From: Glaucostegus cemiculus | Taxonomy: Eukaryota | Length of the DNA stretch: 64,000 bases | Direction: 5' to 3' | Assembly: GCA_976551045.1 (NCBI GenBank) | Contig: CDPCPM010000033.1 | Span: forward strand, 2,170,001-2,234,000 | Part shown: piece by piece, positions 49,293 through 62,038 of the stretch | Position numbering within the stretch: position 1 is the stretch's first letter | Layout of the letters: every line of letters begins with the position of its first letter | Notes under the pieces: model-generated | Seen by the model: the letters and a program-made list of their open reading frames with translations, nothing else | Databases searched by the model: none | Told to the model about the DNA's origin: nothing | Made by a program: the position numbers and the translations under genes

Positions 49293-51797
49293 CATCCATG
49301 AGTGTTTACAAAATAACTCTGAAATATTTTTCATGCACCCACTTCTTTGTAGGTTGAAGTAATACCCTGTACTGGTGCCAACTTGCAGCCTGATGATTAA
49401 AACTTCCGTGGTGGCTCTTGGGTAAATCTAGAGGAGCTATGTGTAAGAAATGGCTCATTTTAGACCAGAAACAGACAACACTAGAACAAAGTCCCTACAG
49501 CTATTAGGGGGAAAAAAACTAACTTGATTTTGTCTTTTTGTAAAGAAAAAGGATTAAATCCTTCATTTTGAAATGAAAAAAACAGTAGATTATTATTTTA
49601 GCTCAAATTCACATATTCTTGCCAATTAAGGGAACATGTTTTTGTTATTTAAGGTATCCAGGCAGATTAGCCCACCTTGCATTTTTGTAAACTGCCTTAA
49701 TTAAAAATCTAGAGGTTTACATAAGTTATTGAACAAGTAGTCTTTAGATTACACCGAATGCTTTTACTACCAAATTGATTTCTGATTTGTTTTTTAAAAG
49801 AGGACAATTTCAGTATCATTTGTAGTTGTCTTAGTGAAGGGGTGCTGGGCTTATCAGTGCAATAAAATGGTAATGTTCAACCAAGCACTATTGTTCCATC
49901 TTTCCCACAGTCAAAGTGAGATCTCTGAGTCAATAGCTGGTGTTGTGGTTTGTGCTTATTGCTCAGAGGAGACATTCTTGTCAGGACAGAAATTGGTATT
50001 TATGAAGAGAACAATATTTACTGTCACCCAGGTCTTGCAGGTTGGGAAGGTATTCCTGCCCTTTGAGGGTGATATATGTCTTGCTGCTGCCCCTACACTG
50101 AGACATGACTTCATTGCTTGTTTAGCTTGTGCTGATATTTGTGAGTGCAGTACCTAGTGATTAATCATGTATCACCCTTTTCTCTGAAGTATTTGAATCA
50201 CACTGCACTGAGCTGCTCACGTGTTATTCAGAAAGAATGCTGTGGACAAGCAAAAGACCTTACAAGGCATGTTTTTTGTGGAATAAAAAGCCTTTTAATG
50301 CTTGTCCAGCCTTAGATAATTTTATTCACTCCTTCAAGCCCTCCCTTTATTTCCCTTGCACCCAGAGACCAGTTTTTAGGGGGTGGGTTGATAGCTTCCC
50401 AGGGCTTGGGCCTTTTGTTGTAGCCTGAGACAAATATATCCAGTGAAGCCTTGAACCCTTGTGCAATAAAGTATCTTCGACATGTTGCTAAGAAATGGTT
50501 AAACTGCCGTTGCAAAGGAAGGGCACAACCAATTGTGCCAAGGTATATCTGGACCACACAGCTAGATTGAAGACGAATATCCCCACTTTACGTAAAAAAA
50601 AATCATTTATTTTCAAAGGGCATTTCTCAGGCTGAACTTGGCTAAACCCTTGTGGTCACACCTCTTTGAAAAGGTTTTGTTTCGCCCGTCAATTGGTATT
50701 CAAACCAGGTCAGCATTTCTGTTTGCCCAACTTTGCTGCCGTTTTCATTTTAATTTGCACCTGTTGTGCAGTTGTTGGAAAGGCAAGTGCGGGCCCGCGG
50801 ATTGTACAAAGATCATATTATGAGTAGATATGCACAGTATAATCTTTTTTGTCTGGCTAATGTTTTTTTTAAGAATTTTTTTTATGTTACGTTTTAAAGG
50901 ACTAAAATTAAACAGCAAATCTTCCAAAGGCTGCAGATATCATGGCCAGGAGTTGTTAACAGAAAGGATTTCAATGTCGTACAAATTCATGATAGCAGGA
51001 TCCTAAACCTGATACAACCAAAATTCTGTTCCTGCCACTCTGTATAATCTGATAGCTGGCAAGAGCTACTTGAGATAGCTCAGCAGATAAAACCAAAGGA
51101 TTTCTCTATTAAAGAGTGAAGAAATCAAAATGAGCCTAAAAAGAGTTGGAATTTTTTTTGTTTCTTCTTCCCATGATGTCATATAACTGAGCTGCTCAGT
51201 TTTGAGACTGTGTATTTGCATGCAAGTATGTCCATTTGTGTTTCCCGTGAGCTGGGTTAAACAGTTTCTGGCAGTGTTATGTCTGCATATGTGTATCTGA
51301 TGGTATGTTTCTCTAGCTAAACTAATGCACCTGTGTTTATTACTCTAATCTTTCTTGTCTAGTGGCAAAGTGGACAATTTATGTACTACCATGCACACTG
51401 AATGACTGGAAAGGCAGACTAATGCAGAAGCAGCCACCTTCAATTCAGTTCAAAGACCTTATTTATAAACTGTCTATTTTAAGGAATGCTAGTGCGAGTG
51501 CATCAGGACTGTGTGGCAAAATAAACTGGTTTATTTTCGTTCTTGACTTGTTCTGACATTTGAAACATGTTTCGAAGCATAATCTGCATGTTTTGCCAGT
51601 ATTCTCAAAATTTTGTAAAGTAGAGGGACAATTGTTACATCCTGGGTAGAGGAATTCATTTAAAAAGTTTAGGACATGGACAGCTTCAGGAGAATGCAGG
51701 AACTTGTGCAGCTTTTCATCCTTCACTTCATGAAAGCTTTGGTTCCATGTACCTTTTTTTAACTCTAGGATCCCCTATTTCCTTTTCTCTGTTGCAG

Positions 51798-52055
51798 TTT
51801 TGAACTATGAGAATGTAGTGGATACGGGTTCAGAAACAGATGATGAAGACAAGCTTCACATTGCAGAAGAAGACAGTATTATAAATGCCCTGGACCGAGA
51901 TTCCAGTCCAGTGACAATGCCCAACCATGATTCTTCCCCACATGGGAACCAAGTATTGTTGCCAAGAGAGGATGAAGAAAGTGAGAAGAGAGATTGCGGC
52001 GCAGACCACACCTGGCATAGCAGGGAGACACTACCAGTCTCAATAGATAGTACTG
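51798..52055 (+). CDS. ZEB2: ZEB2 (zinc finger E-box-binding homeobox 2) internal coding exon, equivalent to human exon 3 (acidic N-terminal region)
   Basis: Acceptor ctatttccttttctctgttgcAG ends at 51797 and donor GTAAGT starts at 52056. Length is 258 nt, phase 1 at both ends. Translation (V)[85 protein letters not shown] aligns without gaps to human ZEB2 [86 protein letters not shown] as recalled, and is closer to ZEB2 than to ZEB1. Confidence 0.95.
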
Positions 52056-52501
52056 GTAAGTCTAACTTCTGGACTAATGATAGGATCACTGCTCCAAAAA
52101 TATTAAAACACATGATGTTGGCTTTACACAAAATTCATTCCAATTAATTTGACTAAGTGTACTCATTTAACAGAGGAATGAGCTACAAATGTTTTAAGTT
52201 CTAAATGTTACAGGTTAGTGGTGATTCAACCACTATAATACACTAAATTTTCTGACACCCTCCAGAAACCAATGAATCTTGGTAAATCAGGGGTTAAGCT
52301 TGTAGAAAAGCTCTGTTAACATTTTTTATGAATCTTTCACTTACCTGGTATTGAATTTAATTAAAGAGTAATATTGGGGAGGAGTGCAGATTGTAATTAT
52401 TGTTTAATTACAGGAAAATAACATCACTTTATCATCATGTCTAAGGGATATAGTTTGACACTAGTCACTATGAACTGACATTAAAAACTTTTCACTAATA
52501 T

Positions 52502-52695
52502 TTGCCTGGGGAGGTAGTAGAGGCAGATACGATGGACAGGTTCAAGAGATTGTTAGATAGGCACATGGAAGAATGTGGAATAGTAGGATATGTGGGAGGA
52601 AAGAGTTGGATTGTGAGATGTTTGAAGGATGGCACAACTTGGTGGGCCGAAGGGTCTGTTTTGTGCTCTATGGTTCTATGGTTCTATGGTTCTAT
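52502..52695 (+). mobile_element. CR1-type LINE 3' end
   Basis: LPGEVVEADTMDRFKRLLDRHMEECGIVGY, then 3'UTR gggccgaagggtctgttttgtgc and a (tctatggt)x3 tail. Confidence 0.9.
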
Positions 52696-52985
52696 TTTTT
52701 GTCAATCAAAGATCTACATCTCTATTATAAAGAGAGGAGGTCAATGTTTAAAATAAAATCTATGTGATTTTGGGATCAACATACCATAATATCAAACATT
52801 AAAATCACTTTTATTTCCATTTATTCAATACCTACAATGTTATTATCTGGGGCATCATTGATGCATATCTACTTTCTGCATTCAGTGAAGGTTATACTTG
52901 ATATCAAAGAGGCATGTGCTATATTTTTGAGTATTCACTTCAAATCCGCTCCGCTTCTTGGTCTGTTTGTTAGCTAAATGCAAGA

Positions 52986-53260
52986 TTCATAGAATCATAG
53001 AATTGTCAAGCCACAAAAGGAAGACATTCAGCCATCAAGTCCGTGTGCTGTCAGACCCATTCCCTGGTCTTTCCACACATTTCTTCAAATTATTTCCTTC
53101 AAGAGCTTCTCCAGTTCTCATTTGAAATCCTAAATGATGCTGTTTCCATCATCCTTGCATGCAGTGAATTCCTAATCATAACAACTCTCTGTTTAAAAAA
53201 AGCTTTTCTTCACTTTCACATTATCTTTTGCCTACATTTTAAAATATTAGTTGCTTGGCC
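52986..53260 (-). mobile_element. Old CR1-type 3' remnant
   Basis: catagaatcatagaa tail and gcagtgaattcctaatcataacaactctctgtttaaaaaa. Confidence 0.55.
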
Positions 53261-54184
53261 ATTTGAACTATCTGCAGCAGTGGTTGGCTTAGAGGAACTG
53301 CTGAACCCAAGTGCAAGAGCTGAATCTTAACAATGGTCACAACAGACGCAAACTCTGCTTATAATCGTATCTGTTATCTTGGCTTTTTTGCATATCTGAT
53401 TCTGCATGCCCTTCTGTGCTGCTATTATCAGCATTTTGTGCTAAAATAATTTTTTAAAACTATACCAATTTTGGAGATTCTTTAAATGTGATACTGGAAT
53501 ACACCATCTTTAAGGATTTGCTTGGGAAGATACTTCTGTTGAGGGGAAATAAGGATACAAATAACTGAGCACGTTTTCAAACTTTGCAAGGGGTGGTTGG
53601 ATTAAAGCAAAATTGGGCATAATTTATCAAATTGGTCAGAGTGGGGAGAGATGTGGTGATGGGTTCATGGATGTAATAACATAGGACAAGCCCCTCTTGC
53701 TATGCACTCTGTTGAAAGAATATAATGTGACTACAAGAAAATCACTTACTCACTGAAGAATCTGACATTTTTCATGTTGAAGCTAATGAATCTTCAATGG
53801 TACAGTTCATGATGAGTCAGAAGAGACATTTTCTCACCTAGAATTTATAGCACAGAAATATACTGTTCAGCATACCAGTCTATGCTCCTTACAAGCTTAT
53901 TCCCCTATAATTGGTTCTTTCCACCTTGCCACATATTCATCTTTTACCCATAGCCTCGTGTAAATGTCAAGCTGCACTCATTGGCACAAAAGGCCTCAAT
54001 ACTACCTTCTCCAACCATTACACCTATTAGTAAGTCTTCCATTCACTACTGTTATCTGAAGTACTTGTCTCTTTCTCTTTCCCTCTTCATCTGCTTCTCT
54101 TACTTTTTTCACCTCTTGTTTGGCTCAAATTCTACTTCTTTCTCTCCTTTATTTCTCCTCAGATTCTCTCCTCCTCTTTCTCTG

Positions 54185-54492
54185 TCATAGAGAGTTACAG
54201 TGTGGAAACAGGCCTTTCAGCCCATTGTGTCCACACCGACCATCAACCACCCATATACACTAATCCTACATTAATTCCATATTTTTCCCACATTCTCAAC
54301 TCACCTAGACACACAATGTGCAACTTGCAGTGGCAATTAACCTACCAACTCGCACATCTTTGGGATATGGGAGGAAACCTACATGGTCACTGGGAGAATA
54401 TGCGAACTCCACACAGCACTCGAGGTGAGGATTGAACCTGGGTCTCTGGCACTGTGAGGCAGCAGCTATACTAGCTGTGCCACTGTGCTGCC
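54185..54492 (-). mobile_element. HE1-type tRNA-derived SINE, near full length
   Basis: Minus strand begins ggcagcacagTGGCACAGCTAGtatagctgctgcctcacagtgccagagacccagGTTCAATCCtc (A and B boxes) and ends with CR1-like tail gggctgaaaggcctgtttccacactgtaactctctatg. Confidence 0.85.
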
Positions 54493-57400
54493 TTCTCTGC
54501 TCCTCTCTTCATTCCTCCACTTCAGGGCAACAGGCTGATGGCAGGTAGAGGGTTGCCATTTGGCAGGGAGGGACCTGGCCAAAATCTTTTGTTTGAAAGG
54601 CTTTTTGTAAGGCATGGGAGGTGAGCTGTAATTCAGACCCCGCGGGATTAGGTCGTTGGTAAACAAGTTACACAAAGACAAAGGGAGGTGGGCCGTAACT
54701 ACAGGTCATACATTAGAGAGAGGATATAAAATAAACAGCCTGTGAAATATACACTTGGGAGCTCTGAAAGGTAAATATAATGCTACATGTACAAAACTCA
54801 CAGCTTAAACTCTTGACACCCTGTCATGGCAAGCAACGTAGCAGCCAGAATCTTAACACCTGAAGTAAGTGTGACACAAACAAGAAGATTCTAAACTTTA
54901 AATGTGCAGTAGATAAATCATGGTGATTGTAATAGCTAAGTGGCATTAAGCACCATGATAGGATTATTTGCCTAGAGGTCCTTTATGCTTATAAAAAAAA
55001 TATTAATTTATAAGGGCTCACAAATGTTTCAAGGCTGCCTTGCTGTGTCTGGCACACTGGGTGAGTACAAGATGCCACAGAGAGTGCTATCTTTGTCATT
55101 TTGTCCTACCTGAACCCTTTAATCTGGGGACAATAGTTGAGCTGTCACCATTTAATGATATATATCCACTTGCAGCTGTGAGGCTTTAGATAATCCAGAT
55201 CCCACTTTATAATTAATGGTCTATCAAAGTCAATCCAGAAATGCAGTAATATCAATGGAAACAAAAATCTAATTGACCATGAATATCCCAAATATAATCA
55301 CTCAGGGCATCATGATTCAAATCTCTGGCTAAAGGAGTGAAAGCCACATGTTCCAGCTTTCAACTTCCACTGATTTCAGAAAGCATGGACGTAATTTTTA
55401 TGCTTAGTGTAAAAGAGAATGCGTAGGTATGGTCTCAGATTAGTTACCACTACCTGTACGCTGTTTTTATCTGCATAGGCTTATTGAAAGAAGCTTTCTG
55501 ATGGGAGGTTGGAGCCTATATTAACATGTTGGATCTTCAGTGGTTCTTCATTGAAATACTGAGGTATAAATGGGGTAATTACTTTGTTACCCATGCTCCT
55601 GTCCTTTTGCCCCTTCAATGATTTCAGACTATGGACTAGGATTTGTGAGATCGAGATTACTGCGAGTTTATGCTGACCTAGATTTGTTCCCCACTACCCT
55701 CCTGCTCAGTTTTACTGACAGTTTTACTCAGCCTGGCTTAATGTAAGAACCAGTCTTCAACTGACCAGCCATTGACCCAGTGTGGACACTGACTTGAATG
55801 TGTGTGACTTCCTGATGGAATGTTGACAAGGCTTGAGTCTGTGCTCTGCAGGTCTCCCAGAGATCAGAATCCACTGCTGCATTTCTCTGGCCATCAGGAG
55901 ATAATCACAACTGACAAATAGCCTGGTTTTACCGAAGCTCATGCAGAAAAAAAACTAACTGCTGACCTCTCAGAACTGTACCTCAGTGAGAGTCAGCATT
56001 TACAGGAGAGCAAGGGGAAACAGAACTTTCAGTTCATGCCAAGAAGCACTCCTAAACTGTGTTGCCATTTCATGCAATGAGGATTACAAAACTTCAGTAC
56101 ATTCTAAAAGTGGGTTTCCGAATTGTGCTACTCTTGCCTCTGTGACACGATTTTAAGAATGTTCAGGAGATTACCTATGCAGTTGTATCAAATGCATGAG
56201 GACGGCAAGAGAATAAGATTTTTTTTTCACAAAGCAGCAATTTATTTAGTTTTAAACAAGCTGACAAATATCAGCTGCAAGTCTGGGCACCTGAAAACAA
56301 GGAAGTAGGTGCCCTGTGGGATATTTCGTAACCACTTTTAAAAAAACACTGTGACAGCAGGGCCGATTGCCCTAATCTTAAACTTTAATGCACTTGTCAT
56401 TGGGGAGGGTTAGTGGAGACAGCTCTGCCGAGATGGACCTGTGATTACAACAACCCACCATTTTGTCCTCTTCTTCCTCAAGTGGCTAAGCAGAAGTTGG
56501 GCAGATTACATCTGCCTTGACCTTAGCCTTATCTGAACACGGTCAGATATCTTGTCTATTTTTGAAATAAGTGCTATCATTTGTAAACATGCTTCAGTCC
56601 ATCCAGGTTGCATGCATTTTCCCAGGTACATCACTGACTCAGGCTGTAGTATTTGGGTGTAGGAAGTACTAGTAGTTAAATTTGCAAATAGGAAATGTTA
56701 ATTCCAAAGGGAGCATTCTGTGACACTGTGCTTCTGGTGAATGAACAGAAAATGGTGCACTATATTTGGACAATTTCCAATACACATTCCCAGCATGCAA
56801 GTATTCATACTCAGACAGCAAAGCTGGACTCCCTCCCTAAATGTAATTTTGTACTTTTAGGATAAAATCTGTTGATGGAGTATCAACGGAGTAGCTGAAC
56901 AGTAGTAGGCCATTCAGCCCAATGAACCTATTTCTTTTGATCAAATAGACTATATTAATCCGGATCTTGGCTTCATTTACCTGTTTTACTTTCATAAACC
57001 TTAATATTTTTGCTAGACAACATTAATTCCTGTTCACAGTATTAGGATATCACAGCACAGGACCCCTGATTAAAGATTGCACCTTCACCCAGGGGATTTC
57101 ACTCAATAATTGCATGAAAAGTCCTGGAATTTTGTTTTCACGAGCCAGGCTATGGAAGATCACTCTGCAGAATTGGCAATGGTAGGTGGGTTACACTTCA
57201 GCACAAAAATTAACATAATATTTTGAGTTGTAAATGTAAAGCTGTGGATCGTGTGCTTGGTATTGTGAATCTAAAAATTCACAACCACTCACAGCTTTAA
57301 TCTTTACACTTAAAAATGTCAACTTTTTTAAAGATTCATCACTTGAGTAAAGAGGAATCACAATTACATTCATTATTACTTGAAAGATTTTTAACTGTTA

Positions 57401-59382
57401 ACAATAAAGTTAAAATGTAATAAAGAAATAACAGAGACTGGTAGAAAGATAAATATGTTTAATTAGGGTAGAAGATGATTGCCAAAGGAAATGCAACTCC
57501 TACGGAAGGCACTAACGCTTATAAATTAATCTTTTATATTGAATCCTTTTCATGCATCTAATGAGAATAATGATTCCTAGTGTTGTTAACCTTAGGATGC
57601 ATGTACATGGTCCAATCCCTGTCCCTTTTGTTGCAAAATGAATCACATGCTACAATTTAAGTCATAAGGTGCAAGCTTGGGTATCTTCTATAAACATATA
57701 TTGTTAGTTTCTCTACTGACAATTGAGAAATGATCCAAATGTACTATTTCTGCTACAATACAACATTAACTACATATTTCAGATGTCACTGGATATAAAG
57801 CACTTTGGAACATTTGAATCTTGGTTTTATTTAAAGTAGAAAACCAACCTTCAGACCAACAGTAGTGCATTCAGGCAATAGCACTTTGACAAGAGTTCAG
57901 ATGATACTGATAAAACTCTATACATCTTAAGTGTTACTGCCTTGTTAAAAACTTGCTGCTACATTTTGCTATTCTAAAGTTGGCAAGTTGAATATTTTTA
58001 TTCATCCAAGGTGACTGTTAAATTTTTGGGTTCTTTCTACTCTTTTTACTTGACATAATTTGCTGCCATATCTTCGATCCCTCTCTGAGGAAACCTGAAC
58101 ACCACATGGTTTTGAGGTTGTCTGTGCAAGCTAAACTGGGGGTTAAAACATAGATAACCCTTTCTCTCATTATTGTTAGGTTTTTTGAATCAATTTGCAC
58201 TCTTTGGGATCTCCCACTGGTCTTTAAAAAACAATAGAGCACCATATCAGACTTTAAGTTTACAATGTCAAGATAATAAGCAAATAGAACTAATATAATA
58301 TAGTTACTCTTTAACAGTATTATCTGAACCTTAAGTGGAAAAGAAATGAAAAAGTTGTAATGCAATGTTTACAGGTAACACAGTCCTTTTCTTTCTTATA
58401 ATCCTCTCGGTGTAATCTCCTTTACCTTTTGCTGTGAAGATTCTAATCAGCTTGACTTTTGTGTACAAGTTCAATGTTCAGGTTCAGCCACTCAAATATC
58501 CTTTAAATAAGTGGAATAATTTGCTTGGATTGTCAGAACTGACACTTGGATTCGAAGATGAGTTGCATTTAACAAATATCTGTGCTGGCTCAAAGAAAGC
58601 ACAGGTATTTGTTAAATGCCACTTAATTCCACCAGTTCAAAATATGGGTGTGATCTACTCTTCCAACCTGTGTACTGAATTCAGTTGTAATGTGTGTTTG
58701 CAATTTTTCTTTTTACAACAGCTTCTAAATTACAATTATACATGGAATTACACATAGACATTAAAGGAACAATGCTCAATAGAAACCTAAACAAAAGAAT
58801 ATATTCCATTTTTGACATTATTTGCGGGCTTTGCTGTATTCACAATCAATCACATTTAGTTTGGTTTCTTGCAATAAATGCATGCCTTAATTCAAGTTAT
58901 CAAGCAGGGATTTAAAACAAGATAGAGAAAACAACAGTGACTCTCTGAGAACATTGACTCAGAAAATTTGGGTGGCATACTAGCTTAGAAATTCGACCCC
59001 TCCTCCTGAATCGGCAGGCCCAAATGCATGTTATATTAGGCATTATTTAGTTGAGGCAAGCCCAACATGCAGATACCGGCATTGTATTCCCAGGAGATTG
59101 CTGGCTGGAGGCTTTGAATGGCAAGATATGGCTTGGCCAGCAATAATTCTCAGGTAGGTTTTTAAACAGGAAGTGGGAGGTGTGCATCTCAGAAAGAGGG
59201 GAGGGGCATGGGTGTAATTGTAAGGACCAACCAGGTATAAAAGGTGGAAATTAATAAAACATAACCAGGAAAGCTGTCTGTCACTATTCCATCAAACAGT
59301 TGGTCATTTTGTTCCCCTTCTCTGATCTCTCTTCGCTTCATTCACATCTGCATGTGTTCAGTCAGAAAGGCTAACCCCTCAC

Positions 59383-59535
59383 TAACAACATTTAAAAGGC
59401 ACTTGGACAGGAACATTGATAGGAAAAGATTAGAGGCCAAATATGGGCAAATGGGATGAGCTTGGCTGGGCATCTTGGTCAGCATGGATTGGTTGGGCTC
59501 AAGGGTTTGTTTCCATGCTGTATGACTCTATGACT
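59383..59535 (+). mobile_element. CR1/HER1-like LINE 3' end
   Basis: acatttaaaaggcacttggacagg (TFKRHLDR) and tail gtttccatgctgtatgactctatgact. Confidence 0.8.
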
Positions 59536-59599
59536 TATGCCATTGTTGTTCAAAAACAGCCTTCTGGCATATAGGAGCAATGGATGTGTGAACTGGGCT

Positions 59600-59832
59600 A
59601 AGGGTAAAGAAGGAGGCACAGTCTCAGGATAGGCAATTAGTGATTTAGGATTGTGATGATGAGAAATTTCTTTATGTATTTCTTCTGAATGGATGTTCAG
59701 TTGTTGACAGTGAGGGAATCGAAGGACATGATGATTGGGTGGGTAAGTGGATGAGATTTAAGATCAGCAGTGGTGGAGTAGGCTGAAGGGGCTGCACAAA
59801 CTGCTTCTGCTTCTATCTCTTATGTTCTCATG
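59600..59832 (+). mobile_element. Old CR1-type 3' remnant
   Basis: ggcacagtctcaggataggc..gatgagaaatttctt..ggctgaaggggctg..tcttatgttctcatg. Confidence 0.55.
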
Positions 59833-61832
59833 AAGTTTCAACAGAGTTAAGCTCTGACTGCCCATATGAAAAGTCACTGCTTTCAAAAGTAATTCAGTGC
59901 AAAGTTCTTCGTGAAGTGCTTCAGGTGATAATTCATGATATAACTGCATATTAAATAATTATACCTTAAAAGTACATTAACCAAAACAAAGTAATTGTCA
60001 ATTGACTCTCAAATTCTGAAGGCCCAACATTGCCCCAATAATGCTTATTATCTTAAAAAATACATTTTCCCTGTCACATAAAAATTCCAAACCAAAACTA
60101 AAAATGTGTGCATGATAAAGTGTAGCTAGTTGAGGTGGAATGGAAAATAATTTAGTACCTTGTTAGGTGCTGAAATGTTTTGTTGTGTAGTTTCTAATGG
60201 TTTCAGTCACGTGTAGCTGCTAGTCAGAATAGCACCAGATAATTTTTCCCATTAAAACTCTTTTATAGAAAGACTTTTAGCCGGTGGAGGGGGAACGATT
60301 CAAGAGTCCTGCAAGCACATTAAGCATTTTCTGCTGCTCTTCCACAACAGGAAAATTCTTTGTTTTCTCACTCCCCTGACTGATGTAGAGCTCCATGAGT
60401 GGTTGTTGCCCTCGGATATCTTGTGCAAGAAGCCATTGTTCACAAGTGAATGAAAAGGCTGTCTGACAGTGGTCTGCTGTGCTTACATTGGTAATATCAG
60501 TAGGGACTAGGCAGAGTTATGAAGAATTAGAGCCAACCTGATATTTCCTTTGCTGATCGTAGAGCACTTTGATTATCTGATTGTTTTAAAGAAAGATAAA
60601 AATCACGTATAATAGCTTGCTGGGAATGAGATGGAGAGAGATTGTGTACCCTTAGTTCATCGGTGTACATTGAGATTAATCTTGGCAAGTAGTACCTTCC
60701 AGAATGCTGCTCTGTAGATTGAAGCAGTTGAGTCTGTATCACTTAACTTTTTCGTACATCTAAATTCTGAAGTAAATTAGCAAGACTGTGGCACTGTGAT
60801 GATTGACACTAAAGGCACTCATGGAACAGAGCATTATGTGTAGTCAATCCACACACAGTTTGCGCCTACACAAGTGAAGGCATGGCAGTGTCATACCAGC
60901 CTCACTAAGGTCTGGCAATAATCCATATTGCTAATAAGTACAATGGGCTAGTGAAAGGTCACCCCAGAGAACATGCATAACGCCCACTGCAAAGCTGTCA
61001 AGGCTACATTCTGAAGAAATGGTCAGGCATTAGAGATTCAGTAGCCAACTTCATTATAAATGTGTTAACCCTTTCCCTGGATCAGAGCTAACCTTTTAAC
61101 TGCAGGTAGACAACCAACTAGAGTCAGATATCTAGAACATTGGAAAATCCGAGTTAATTGCATGGGAGAAACTCCAAACTCTTTCAATTTGGAATGGAAT
61201 TTGGTTTCCATGAAGCTTAGAGGTTTAAGGTTTGTTCAGATCAACTGCTAAAGTAAATAGAGTCAATACAGATTTACAGAAATTTGTACTCTGTATCAAT
61301 TTTGGAATGAGTTAAATCACACCCTTAGCATAAGGAATCTCTCTTATACATGTATGATCCATCTTGCCTTTGCACAAGCCAAACATAACTGACATTACCA
61401 TGATCAGCTATAAGAGAATAGGAGTAAAGCTTGTGGTGGATTGACACAATCAAGACATGAAAGTAATAGTCAATGAAGGGAGAGATGTGAAGCGAAAATT
61501 AGGGCTACTTGCTTTGTCACGTAGACCTGAGAATTAACTACCCAATTTTATTTCTTGATCCCTCAAGTCAATTTCAAAACTCAAAACTCTGAATCTCAGA
61601 TTGAAAATTGACAATTAGTTTAGCATTGGTTGCCTGTTGCAGGAAAGAGTTCCAAATTTCTATCAGTTATGTTTCCTAATTTCAGTCGCAAATGGCCTGG
61701 TTCTAATTTTTACTGAAGCTAGCCAGTGGGGATAGTTTCTCTCCACCAAACCTTATACTTGATATCTCCAAAACTTTATCCGAGTTACCCATTAAGTTCC
61801 AAGAAATATATTTCCTTGTGCAATGTCTCCAT

Positions 61833-62038
61833 ATAGAATCATAGAGTTATATAGTATGGAGAGAGGTCCAACCCATCCATGCCAACCAAGATGTCTATCT
61901 GAGGTAGTCCCATTTGCCTGTGTTTGGCCAATATCCCTCTGAACCTTTTCTATCCATGTACCTATTCAAATGTTTTTTAAACATTGTAATTGTACCTGCC
62001 TCGACACCTTCCTCTGGCAGCTTGTTCCATATACTCCA
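61833..62038 (-). mobile_element. CR1/HER1-like LINE 3' end
   Basis: Minus ORF SIWNKLPEEGVEAGTITMFKKHLNRYMDRKGSEGY and tail ctctatgattctat. Confidence 0.85.

Larger units (their letters stand above)
1..51797 (+). other. ZEB2: Long ZEB2 intron upstream of the exon (equivalent to human intron 2), partial
   Basis: The preceding exon (MKQ..ADGPRCKRRKQANPRRKN) was not found in the window. There are no other credible host exons, and the segment ends in a strong 3' splice site. Confidence 0.8.

Noticed and set aside
51340-51556. Good-looking acceptor (ctaatctttcttgtctAG) and 64-aa ORF upstream of the real exon
   Set aside because: No matching strong donor, and the peptide has no ZEB similarity
52056-52147. 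ORF continuation KSNFWTNDR... past the exon
   Set aside because: Read-through into the intron beyond the GTAAGT donor; similarity to ZEB2 ends at 52055
53730-53805. aatggtacag resembling the end of the next ZEB2 exon (NGT)
   Set aside because: Not followed by a canonical donor at the expected position, no acceptor about 72 nt upstream, and the peptide does not match
54420-54492. tRNA-like A and B boxes
   Set aside because: Head of an HE1-type SINE, not a tRNA gene; no cloverleaf, and it continues into the SINE body
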